A DNA stretch of 49,598 bases from Candidatus Enterousia excrementavium (GTDB lineage: Bacteria; Pseudomonadota; Alphaproteobacteria; Rs-D84), in NCBI GenBank assembly GCA_017694175.1, contig JADINE010000026.1, positions 1 to 49,598 on the forward strand, given 5' to 3'. How positions within the stretch are numbered: position 1 is the first letter of the stretch; every line of letters begins with the position of its first letter. Below the pieces are notes generated by a model. The model saw only the letters and a program-made list of their open reading frames with translations, ran no database searches and was not told where the DNA came from. Below are positions 26,556-35,192 of this stretch, in pieces. A program made the translations under genes and the position numbers.

Positions 26556-27061
26556 TGCAATTAACACATGAATCTGCCCTGCGGCGCTTATCAGAACTGC
26601 ACATGGATGATATGCCTGTGGTGGAAATTCATCCAACCCCCACCCAGGTTGATACAAATTGGTTCACAGAATACAAAAAACTTTGTCATCAATTTATGAA
26701 ATCCCTTACAGATTCAGCCGAAGAATTAGTATTTTTAAATCTTTCTCAAAATGAGTTTATGGCATTAATTATGGGGCATGCAATGCCACAAAACCTTTCA
26801 ATTCGATTTCGGGTACCATTGGTATGGGGCGGAAAACTGGAAACAGATAATTTATTTCTGTGCCAAACATTTCCGCACTCGCACAGACTTGATGAATTTA
26901 TCCTGGAACAGAATGGCGCAAACACAATATGGTTGCCGAATCCACCTAAAAAGGTCTATGTTCCGATACACGAAACAACCGGCGGCGACGGTGGTAACGC
27001 CACCACAGACAGATTAAGCCAAATGGCGGCACAAATTGGCAAAAACAGATCAATGGAATGA
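26555..27061 (+). CDS. hypothetical protein with degenerate HNH-like (beta-beta-alpha-Me) motif
   Basis: TAATG overlap with the upstream gene. 'RVPLVWGGKLETDNLFLCQTFPHSH' has the P-x3-GG-x5-N-L..C..H spacing of HNH nucleases, but the usual catalytic His position is F/R. Confidence 0.5.
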   Translation: MQLTHESALRRLSELHMDDMPVVEIHPTPTQVDTNWFTEYKKLCHQFMKSLTDSAEELVFLNLSQNEFMALIMGHAMPQNLSIRFRVPLVWGGKLETDNLFLCQTFPHSHRLDEFILEQNGANTIWLPNPPKKVYVPIHETTGGDGGNATTDRLSQMAAQIGKNRSME

Positions 27062-27067
27062 TACAAA

Positions 27068-27502
27068 ATGGACTGTAATGAATTTATATCATCAATGAAA
27101 TCCCATGGCGCATTATTTGCACCGCCTGCGCCACAAAACGCCGTAATTTTGGCCAACAATGCATTACAAAACATCCATGCGGCAATATTGCCAAAATTCA
27201 TAATTGAATTATACACTAAATGTTCCGCCATCAACCTTGGCAATGGCTACATTTTTGGCCCGACCGAGGTTAAACGTGGCACCCATCACCCAATTCCATC
27301 AATTGTACAAATAAATTCAGATCTTTCCAGCATCCCATCAATGCGCGGGAAAACGATATTTGGGCGCAACGATTTATTTTGGTTTGGATTTGACACATTT
27401 GGCAATTGCTTTATGTTGGATAATTTGAACCTTAACATATTACGTAAATACGATAATCCATGGCAATCAGTAACAGATTGTCTTTTGGCGGGGAAATTAT
27501 AA
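27068..27502 (+). CDS. SUKH/SMI1-KNR4-like putative immunity protein
   Basis: 'AILPKFIIELYTKCSAINLGNGYIFGP' and 'IFGRNDLFWFGFDTFGNCFMLD' fit the SUKH-1 pattern (LP..y..f...nG...; ..fg.dg.g....d). By-eye assignment. Confidence 0.5.
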   Translation: MDCNEFISSMKSHGALFAPPAPQNAVILANNALQNIHAAILPKFIIELYTKCSAINLGNGYIFGPTEVKRGTHHPIPSIVQINSDLSSIPSMRGKTIFGRNDLFWFGFDTFGNCFMLDNLNLNILRKYDNPWQSVTDCLLAGKL

Positions 27503-27706
27503 ATGAAAAAACTATCCGTATCACTGTCTGGGCATCAAACCAGCCTTTCACTGGAACCCGAATTCATTGTGGCATTGCACGAAATTGCACACGCACAAAA
27601 TAAATCCATCGCATCCATTATTGAACACATTGACGACAATCGCACACCGAACACGAATCTTTCATCTGCAATCCGGGTATGGATTTTGAATCAATATAAA
27701 AAATAA
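27503..27706 (+). CDS. ribbon-helix-helix protein (RHH_4 type)
   Basis: 'SVSLSGHQTSLSLEPEFIVALHEIA..SIASII..NLSSAIRVWILNQY' matches the alphaproteobacterial RHH_4 pattern. TAAATG junction with the upstream gene. Confidence 0.7.
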   Translation: MKKLSVSLSGHQTSLSLEPEFIVALHEIAHAQNKSIASIIEHIDDNRTPNTNLSSAIRVWILNQYKK

Positions 27707-27724
27707 TGCCACATATGTGGCATT
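27705..27724. terminator. bidirectional intrinsic terminator
   Basis: Perfect palindrome AATGCCACATATGTGGCATT, flanked by an A-run and a T-run, between convergent genes. Confidence 0.7.
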
Positions 27725-27725
27725 T

Positions 27726-29678
27726 TTATTTACGCTTGTACGCTGTACTCAGCGCAAACGTGCACATACACGAAATCAGCAATATAATCACCATTGTCCA
27801 ATCACGCCCCAAAATACGATACGGGGTTGCATGCGCACCATATACAACACCATCCAAATACCCCTGTTGCGCGACTGGAATTTGTTGCACAACTGTACCA
27901 TCAGCCGCCACAAAAGCACTTATACCCGAATAATTTGCGCGCACAATCGGCACCCCAGATTCAATTGCATAACGGCGCACCATATCCAAATGCTGATACG
28001 TCCCAGGCGTATCCCCAAACCATGTATCATTTGTAATATTAATGATTGCATCAGGCATCGCACCACGTGGCACAAGTGAATCAGAAAAAATAATTTCATA
28101 GCAAATTGCCGGCACAAATGAAAAATCGCCAAACTTAATAATCTCGGCCCCATTACCTGGTGTTAATTGCCCAGGTGTTGGAATAATATCACCAAACGGT
28201 CTGTATTCACCAAACGGCACTAAATGCGATTTACTGTAAATATGCTTTATCACACCATCAGCCCCGGCAATAACCATAGAGTTATATAATTTTTGATTGG
28301 AATAAGACGATGCGCCAATCATAATCGTTTTCTGTAAAGCCGCCGCCATCGGCATATCATCCCCATCTACAACCACAAACGGATACGAAGTTTCCGGGAA
28401 CACGATAACATCTGGATTTCCCGGCGCAGCCGCCAATTCTATTAATCTTATAACATTATTATTTGCCTGTTGCACAGCATCCGCACGCGATTGGGACATT
28501 TTTTGTGATTGACTTTGCGCCGGTTGCACAATACGCACCACAGGACTTTGATGTTGCACCTGCTGTGATATTTTTATATTGTGCATGCCGTATGCAACGC
28601 CACAGCCAAACAACACAACAAACACTGAAAAAGCAATCCAACAAAATTTATCGCGCCAACGTCCAAACAATTCAACCGCCGCCGCAATCAATCCTGTTAT
28701 AACAAAAGTTAACCCCAACGCCCCCCATAACGACATAGAATTTGAAATCATCGGCACTGGCAACGCAATATTTGCGATTGGATTCCACGGAAATCCAGTA
28801 AACAACCATTCACGCAACCACAAAACAAAGGTCCACGTGCCAGCAAACAAAAACGGTCTGCACGCCGGAAACGTGCATATACGCGCTGCGACAACAAACG
28901 GAATTGCAAAAACAATTCCCCCAACAATTCCAATACCGATTAATGCCGGCACCGTCCACACAGCAAATTGTGCTGCCAATTCAGGCACCACATATATCGA
29001 ATTTGTCACCCACCAAAACATTGCAACTGCATAAACAGCGCTGAATGGGAACACCCGAAAAAAAGCCCGCCAAATCCCAACACGACCGCCACGCACCATT
29101 AATTTATACACAGCCGCAACAGCAATCAACGTTGCCCACCACATATTAAACGGCGCAAAACCCAACGCAGCAACAATCCCCAAAGCAACCATTCCAAAAC
29201 ACAATAAAATTCCTTTCCACCACGGATAAGAATCGCTGTATGTGCACGAATCCGGCGCATAGGGATTTTTTATACCCAATGATTGTAATATTTTTGTTTC
29301 CATTTTTTCCATTTTATTGGCGTCACGATTTTTTATATGATCATACCCCTGCAAATGCAAAACACCATGCACAACCATATGAGCAGCATGATCTTCAACT
29401 GAAATATTTTCATCCGCCGCTTCGCGCAGAACCGTATCCAACGATACATAAATATCCCCCAACAAAACATCGTCACCCAACTCGAACGACAACACATTTG
29501 TTGGTTTGTCTAAATTTCTGTATTCACGATTTAATTGCTGAATTTTTTGATCATTGGTCAATATAATAGACACCTCGGCCCCGGGCGCACATTTAACAGC
29601 CGCCGCATTTGCGATACGTTCAAAATCAATTTTATACTTGCGCCACCGCCCATCTTCATAATTCACATATACTTTCAT
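27726..29678 (-). CDS. ybeY/lnt: fusion protein: YbeY endoribonuclease domain plus apolipoprotein N-acyltransferase Lnt
   Basis: Residues 1-~140 carry YbeY 'HGVLHLQGYDH'. After a ~15-aa linker the Lnt TM region begins ('LGFAPFNMWW'). The CN-hydrolase domain follows ('VIVFPETSYPF', 'PAICYEIIF'). One uninterrupted 650-codon ORF. Confidence 0.85.
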   Translation of the reverse strand: MKVYVNYEDGRWRKYKIDFERIANAAAVKCAPGAEVSIILTNDQKIQQLNREYRNLDKPTNVLSFELGDDVLLGDIYVSLDTVLREAADENISVEDHAAHMVVHGVLHLQGYDHIKNRDANKMEKMETKILQSLGIKNPYAPDSCTYSDSYPWWKGILLCFGMVALGIVAALGFAPFNMWWATLIAVAAVYKLMVRGGRVGIWRAFFRVFPFSAVYAVAMFWWVTNSIYVVPELAAQFAVWTVPALIGIGIVGGIVFAIPFVVAARICTFPACRPFLFAGTWTFVLWLREWLFTGFPWNPIANIALPVPMISNSMSLWGALGLTFVITGLIAAAVELFGRWRDKFCWIAFSVFVVLFGCGVAYGMHNIKISQQVQHQSPVVRIVQPAQSQSQKMSQSRADAVQQANNNVIRLIELAAAPGNPDVIVFPETSYPFVVVDGDDMPMAAALQKTIMIGASSYSNQKLYNSMVIAGADGVIKHIYSKSHLVPFGEYRPFGDIIPTPGQLTPGNGAEIIKFGDFSFVPAICYEIIFSDSLVPRGAMPDAIINITNDTWFGDTPGTYQHLDMVRRYAIESGVPIVRANYSGISAFVAADGTVVQQIPVAQQGYLDGVVYGAHATPYRILGRDWTMVIILLISCMCTFALSTAYKRK

Positions 29679-29696
29679 TTTTCACCCACTTTGCTA

Positions 29697-31610
29697 TCAC
29701 GCCATAGTTTTGTTATTTTCAGCAACCTTTACAAAATCAATTTCTTTATGATTATCATTCTGCTTTATTTTTTTAATTCCGGCCTGCAACACAGCAACTT
29801 TTCTGCCTAATTTTTTTTGCAATTCATCAGAAAAAGTAGCGTATTGATTCCCACTAAATTTTTTAGCCAATTCCAAATTATTCATTGCCATAACATAGTG
29901 TTCATGCCGCTGGCCGGAATCTTTACTTTTATCCCCCAACGCGGCCCTACACAATGCAGCGTTATAATATGTATACCCACGAATATCGTTTGGCATTCCC
30001 TTTAAATAGTTTGATTCTATTAAACCTTGCACTACGCGCAACCCATCTTCATACTGTCCCATTTTGTAATAACACAACGATAAATTACTGTATACAATAT
30101 AAAGCTCGGGATCTTTATCCAGCGCCGCCTTGAATTTAGTTATTGCTTTTTTATAATTTCCATCGAAATAGAAATCTTCACCATCTGCATTCAATTGTTG
30201 TGCTGGGGTCAATTTTTCTGGCGCCGGCTTGTTAATAAAATCTTCTAATTTAACTGTTGCGCCCCCTGTTTTCACATATCCATTCGCGATTAATTCAGCA
30301 TGTTCATCGGTCAGATATGCTCTTATAGGTTCCTGAACGGTACCTTGTACCTTGCGATATCGTGGTTTTTGTAACAGCACTCCTAAACTATCAACCTGCC
30401 GAACAGCCTTGGCGCGCGCTTTTGGCGAATTGCTGTCATATACCAACAATCCCTGCGGCACATATTCATCCATCATATACGGCGCACCAGCAATAGAATT
30501 TAACAAATCTTGATCCGACACATTGCCCAAATAATACGACGCCAACATACCGTATTTATACGATAAACCACCCCAACGCGTACCCTTTATTTCAGCGAAA
30601 GCGCGAACATAGGCACCTGCAATATCCTGAGGTTTTTGTTCCGAATTAATGGCGCGCGTAACAATATTTCCTTTATTGCCTGCCGCCCACGTATTTTCCC
30701 CTTTGTTATATCCAGCCACAGCCAATATAACAAATAATTTGGCATCCATTGGCGCCTTGATGTGCTGTTTAATTTTTGGATACACTTTTTCATACAGCCA
30801 TGCCGACGCCAAATCCCGGCTTTGCTCTTTGGTAATCTTGAACCCATTTCCGATATGTTGATTCAGCACACGCGTGGCAAATTTACGATGCGTTTCATCC
30901 ATCAAAGCAAATCCCATGCCAATTGTTTTAGTTCCTTTACCAAAATTATCATCATAAATTTGTTCGACATATTCCTCGCTGGATACTAAATGAGCCAACA
31001 CATAAGGATGCACAGCATCCACCATACGTTGCCATTCTTCATCAGATGCGCGCGGATTTAACACCACATCATCGAACGCCATAGTATTTCGTTTTACATC
31101 CCGCCATTCTTTGAATTGTTCTATTTTATCCGGAACAACTTCTGCACCCAAATACGTTCCCCCCGAAATCAGCCCTAATCCAAACAACCACATTACATGC
31201 GCGGAAAAATTAGGATATTTTTTTGCAAATTCCCGCAACTTACTTGAACGCATTTCTGTTTGTTTACGTCCGTCTTCGCCGCGAATTGTTTTTTTGCGCA
31301 TAACATTCATCACGGCCAATTTATTTTCCATCTGGCGCAGAAAAACATTATCCAGCGTCATCCACCGCGCCAAAGTTAATAAAAATTGTGCGCCACCAGC
31401 CGCCAGCCAGGCCGACCATTTTCCCGCGCCCAGCATACCAATTTTAGCCGCATCCACGAATTCAGCCGCATTTCCCGTTTCCCCATTTGCGTTTTTTTCT
31501 GCACGTTTTTTGCGCACATAATCCACAGGTTTTGTCCCGGCAATTTTTCGGCGTAATTTTGCTGCCGCCTGTTCTGGTGTTGCAACAACCTTTTGAAACT
31601 TTTCAGCCAT
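29697..31610 (-). CDS. membrane-associated GH24 lysozyme-like protein with C-terminal TPR repeats
   Basis: Two hydrophobic segments. 'SSEEYVEQIYDDNFGKGTKTIGMG' fits the E..D..T/TIGxG motif of T4-type lysozymes, and 'LAVAGYNKG' also fits. TPR-like 'GNYKKAITKFKAALDKDPELYIVYSNLSLCYYKMGQYEDG'. Confidence 0.6.
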   Translation of the reverse strand: MAEKFQKVVATPEQAAAKLRRKIAGTKPVDYVRKKRAEKNANGETGNAAEFVDAAKIGMLGAGKWSAWLAAGGAQFLLTLARWMTLDNVFLRQMENKLAVMNVMRKKTIRGEDGRKQTEMRSSKLREFAKKYPNFSAHVMWLFGLGLISGGTYLGAEVVPDKIEQFKEWRDVKRNTMAFDDVVLNPRASDEEWQRMVDAVHPYVLAHLVSSEEYVEQIYDDNFGKGTKTIGMGFALMDETHRKFATRVLNQHIGNGFKITKEQSRDLASAWLYEKVYPKIKQHIKAPMDAKLFVILAVAGYNKGENTWAAGNKGNIVTRAINSEQKPQDIAGAYVRAFAEIKGTRWGGLSYKYGMLASYYLGNVSDQDLLNSIAGAPYMMDEYVPQGLLVYDSNSPKARAKAVRQVDSLGVLLQKPRYRKVQGTVQEPIRAYLTDEHAELIANGYVKTGGATVKLEDFINKPAPEKLTPAQQLNADGEDFYFDGNYKKAITKFKAALDKDPELYIVYSNLSLCYYKMGQYEDGLRVVQGLIESNYLKGMPNDIRGYTYYNAALCRAALGDKSKDSGQRHEHYVMAMNNLELAKKFSGNQYATFSDELQKKLGRKVAVLQAGIKKIKQNDNHKEIDFVKVAENNKTMA

Positions 31611-31619
31611 TTATTTCCC

Positions 31620-31985
31620 CTATTTCTTACCCAATCCATGCTTTTTCGCGATTTTAGAACGCCGCAACGAATAATTCGGCGCGACAAACGGATAATCATT
31701 TGCCAACCCCCATTTTTTGCGGTATTCGTCGGGCGACAAATTAAACTTGCGCCTTACATATCTGCGCAACATAACGTGCCACGTTCCATCTTCCAAACAT
31801 TGAATTTTATCAGGCTGCACCGACGCAGCAATTTGACTTGGGGTAACCGAGGCCCCCCGCAAACTTTCCCGTGCCGCCCGCACAGCATCCTGCATTGATA
31901 AATTTGGATTTGCTGCAATTGCCGCGGCCGCCAAATTTGCCACAGCCAAAGCAAATTCCGATGAATCTTTATTTACACTTACCAA
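31620..31985 (-). CDS. mucR: MucR/Ros-family transcriptional regulator (zinc ligands largely missing)
   Basis: 'LSPDEYRKKWGLANDYPFVAPNYSLRRSKIAKKHGLG' is a hallmark Ros/MucR C-terminus. The finger region reads 'CLEDGTWHVMLRRYVRRKF'. TTG start with an AAGGG SD. Confidence 0.8.
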   Translation of the reverse strand: MVSVNKDSSEFALAVANLAAAAIAANPNLSMQDAVRAARESLRGASVTPSQIAASVQPDKIQCLEDGTWHVMLRRYVRRKFNLSPDEYRKKWGLANDYPFVAPNYSLRRSKIAKKHGLGKK

Positions 31986-32016
31986 TTGAAAAACCCTTGG
32001 TTATTTACTAAAATCA

Positions 32017-32025
32017 ATTATATCA
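32017..32025 (-). promoter_or_regulatory. extended -10 element (TGATATAAT)
   Basis: Minus strand reads TTTGTGATATAAT, about 32 nt upstream of the mucR start. Confidence 0.45.
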
Positions 32026-32063
32026 CAAATAAAGATTAAATAAAACCAAAGTAAAATATTAAA

Positions 32064-33347
32064 ATGCCATCAGAAAACAGGCCACTTGCTGATTTAATGC
32101 GCCCAACAACAATAGATGAAATTGTTGGCCAGCCCCAGTTATTGGGTGAAAACGGCCTGGTTCGTCGTATGGTTGACAATCATAAATTATCAAATTTGAT
32201 TTTATGGGGGCCGCCTGGGTGCGGAAAAACAACAATTGCGCGCGCATTGGCAAAATCTGTGGATATGGATTTTGTACCGATGTCCGCTGTATTTTCTGGC
32301 ACAGCCGACATAAAAAAAGCGATGGAAGCCGCCCACATGAATCGCGAAATCGGGCGTGGCACATTATTGTTCATCGATGAAATTCATCGCTTTAACAAGA
32401 CACAGCAAGATACACTGTTACCATATCTGGAAGATGGCACCGTGGTTTTCATGGGCGCGACAACTGAAAACCCCAGTTTTAATTTGAACAACGCGTTGCT
32501 TTCACGTTGCCATATTGGCGTATTGCAGCCATTATCCACCGAAGATTTAATAACGCTTATATCGCGTGCGGAAACATTTTTAAACAAAAAATTACCACTG
32601 GACGACGCGGCACGATTGCACTTGGCGCAAATGTCGGATGGCGACGCCCGATTTTTATTAAACACGATTGAATATTTATCAAATGCAAATTTTAAAAAGA
32701 AATTAACACCAGACGCCTTGGACGCAGCCATACAAAAACGCGCACCATTATCTGACAAATCCGGTGACGAACATTATAATTTAATTTCCGCAGTACATAA
32801 ATCTTTGCGCGCCAGTGACACAGACGCTGCACTTTATTGGACGGCTCGCATGATGATCTCGGGCCAGGATCCAATGTACCTGTTTCGGCGCCTTACCCGA
32901 TTCGCTATGGAAGATATCGGTCTGGCCGATCCAAACGCGATGCAAATTGCGCTGGCTGCATGGCAGATATACGAACGCATGGGCAGTCCCGAAGGCGACT
33001 TGGCATTAACCGAATTGGTAATTTATCTGGGCACAGCCCCAAAAAGCACAGCAAATTATCGTGCACAAACGGCCGCGTACCGCACTGCCCGCGAAACAGG
33101 CAGTTTAATGCCCCCAAAAAATATATTAAACGCCCCGACACGCATGATGCGCGAAATGGGATATGGCGCAGGATACATTTACGAACCAGATACTAAATCA
33201 GGTTTCTCGGGGCAAAATTGTTTTCCCGAATCGATGCAACGCCAAAAATTTTACTATCCAATTGAACGCGGTTTTGAACGCGAAATTAAAAAGCGTTTGG
33301 AATATTGGGACGCATTGCGCGAAAAAATAAACAGCGGAAAAAATTAA
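32064..33347 (+). CDS. rarA: replication-associated recombination protein A (AAA+ ATPase)
   Basis: 'LWGPPGCGKTT' Walker A, 'LFIDEIHRFNK', and a MgsA C-terminal domain. Confidence 0.9.
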   Translation: MPSENRPLADLMRPTTIDEIVGQPQLLGENGLVRRMVDNHKLSNLILWGPPGCGKTTIARALAKSVDMDFVPMSAVFSGTADIKKAMEAAHMNREIGRGTLLFIDEIHRFNKTQQDTLLPYLEDGTVVFMGATTENPSFNLNNALLSRCHIGVLQPLSTEDLITLISRAETFLNKKLPLDDAARLHLAQMSDGDARFLLNTIEYLSNANFKKKLTPDALDAAIQKRAPLSDKSGDEHYNLISAVHKSLRASDTDAALYWTARMMISGQDPMYLFRRLTRFAMEDIGLADPNAMQIALAAWQIYERMGSPEGDLALTELVIYLGTAPKSTANYRAQTAAYRTARETGSLMPPKNILNAPTRMMREMGYGAGYIYEPDTKSGFSGQNCFPESMQRQKFYYPIERGFEREIKKRLEYWDALREKINSGKN

Positions 33348-34306
33348 CGCGACACAGATGCAGTCAGTTTTTCAATCACTGCGCGCACATTTTTCAACGT
33401 ATCTGTATGATGCACATTGCATCCAACATTTGCACGCCGCACCAATCCCGTCAACGTTTTTCCCGGTCCCAATTCATACACAGACGTAATATTATACACT
33501 GGAAATTTTTCCATTATTTCCAACCACCGCACCCCATGCGTCATTTGATCAGACAAAGAATCTTTAACATCCTGGGGATTAGACATAACATTAGCCGTCT
33601 GATTAGAAAACCAATTAGTTTTTGGCGGCTGGACATCAATTGTTTCCAACCGTTTGCGCAGTAAAAATTCAGCGTTTTCCATCAAAGCACAATGCGCCGG
33701 CACCGCGACATTTAACCGTTTAGCCAAACGCGCACCATGGCTTTGTGCACGCGCAATCACCGCATCCAGCGCAGCATTTTGCCCACTTATAATGAATTGA
33801 TCACGTGCATTATGATTTGAAATTGCCGCATAACCACGCCCATTGGCCGCCATTAAACATGCCTCTACTGCGTCTTTGTCCAGCCCAACAATACACGCCA
33901 TTCCGCCGCCCATTTTATCAGCCATGGACATATACGTCGATCGCGCAGACAACAATCGCACTGCATCCACCAGGGTCAAACTGCCCGCACAATGTAACGC
34001 GGAATATTGCCCCATGGAATGCCCAACAATTGCATAACCAATATTATACAAAGGTTGCCCAAATTCCTGTTCCAATATTTTCGCGATTGAAACCGAATGT
34101 GCAAACGTTCCCAGCGACGTCAACTCGGGCTTGTTCAACACATCAGCCGGCCCATTAAAACAGGCCCCCGCAACATCCTTATGCGAAACATCAGCCACCT
34201 GTTCAAACGTATGACGAACCACGGCATATTCATTAAACAAATCATGCGCCATACCAATATATTGCGCACCTTGGCCTGGAAATACAAAGGCAATTTTTTC
34301 TTTCAT
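33344..34306 (-). CDS. fabD: malonyl-CoA:ACP transacylase
   Basis: 'FVFPGQGAQYIGM' and 'GHSMGQYSAL'. ATG at 34306 is preferred over the TTG track start. Confidence 0.9.
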   Translation of the reverse strand: MKEKIAFVFPGQGAQYIGMAHDLFNEYAVVRHTFEQVADVSHKDVAGACFNGPADVLNKPELTSLGTFAHSVSIAKILEQEFGQPLYNIGYAIVGHSMGQYSALHCAGSLTLVDAVRLLSARSTYMSMADKMGGGMACIVGLDKDAVEACLMAANGRGYAAISNHNARDQFIISGQNAALDAVIARAQSHGARLAKRLNVAVPAHCALMENAEFLLRKRLETIDVQPPKTNWFSNQTANVMSNPQDVKDSLSDQMTHGVRWLEIMEKFPVYNITSVYELGPGKTLTGLVRRANVGCNVHHTDTLKNVRAVIEKLTASVSR

Positions 34307-34357
34307 AGTCAACAAATTATTACACTGAATAAACAAAAGTCAAATCAAACGCCCAAT

Positions 34358-34386
34358 AAAAAATCCCGCGGATGCGGGATTTTTTA
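34358..34386 (-). terminator. intrinsic terminator after the OMP gene
   Basis: AAATCCCGC-GGAT-GCGGGATTT hairpin flanked by A and T runs. Confidence 0.7.
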
Positions 34387-35112
34387 TTAAAACAGAATAT
34401 TTACATTCACACCAACCTGTAAATCATCACTTTCGAATTCATAATCCAAGTGCGCCCCATACTGTGTGCGCCCATATTGCTTAATGATTTTTCCGCCCAA
34501 CCATTCCTGGTTATAATGTGAATCTGTCGCTTTGCGCAAAGTAAATTGTGCACCCAAACGCCAATCATTTGCGATACGGAAATATGCCTCGGGCATAAAA
34601 TCGATATAGGCCATCCCACGATCATCATCAAAAATCCAACTGGATTTGATTGTCGCAGCCAACGTAACACCGGCCCACTGACGTCCGAAACGATACCCTG
34701 CATAATAAGTTGAATCAGCATAATCAGGTGTACGCACACGTGACGAACCGCCAAATTTTAATCCGAACAACACATCAGAAATTATACGTGCACTGTTGCT
34801 GTCTGCGGTTCCAACACGATACGTCGCCCCCAAATCAACAGCCCCAAAACCATCTTCTGATCCATCAAAATCCTGTTGAAAATTCACATTAATTCCAACA
34901 GCCAAACGATTATTCAATCCATACGAAACAGTTTCTTCCAACCGCAAAACATTATCCCAATATGTCAACGCAGTTTCAGACAGCACCTCGTTCGTGCTTA
35001 ACATATACAACGGATCCGAAGTATCAAATTGTAACCCTTCGGCATGCGCATCACCAACAACCGGCATCAATCCGACAAAAACACCAAATAATCCAAAAAG
35101 CAGTTTTCGCAT
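34387..35112 (-). CDS. outer-membrane beta-barrel protein
   Basis: AGGGAGAG SD. Signal peptide ..VVGDAHA. Alternating strand pattern. Terminal ..VNVNILF. Confidence 0.65.
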   Translation of the reverse strand: MRKLLFGLFGVFVGLMPVVGDAHAEGLQFDTSDPLYMLSTNEVLSETALTYWDNVLRLEETVSYGLNNRLAVGINVNFQQDFDGSEDGFGAVDLGATYRVGTADSNSARIISDVLFGLKFGGSSRVRTPDYADSTYYAGYRFGRQWAGVTLAATIKSSWIFDDDRGMAYIDFMPEAYFRIANDWRLGAQFTLRKATDSHYNQEWLGGKIIKQYGRTQYGAHLDYEFESDDLQVGVNVNILF

Positions 35113-35192
35113 CTCTCTCCCTTTATGTATCACACAAGTTCGGGTTCTGTATATTCCCCAGAACCCGAACAATCATATTATCGCACCCCGCC

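Noticed and set aside
27706-28079. Plus-strand ORFs 27706..27933 and 27717..28079 after the RHH gene
   Set aside because: They lie beyond the bidirectional terminator, are fully antisense to the well-supported lnt domain, and have no SD.
33344-33347. Overlapping convergent stop codons (TTAA) of rarA/fabD, and likewise of trmB and the hypothetical gene at 24908-24911
   Set aside because: This is real but simply reflects genome compaction. No regulatory meaning can be supported from the sequence.
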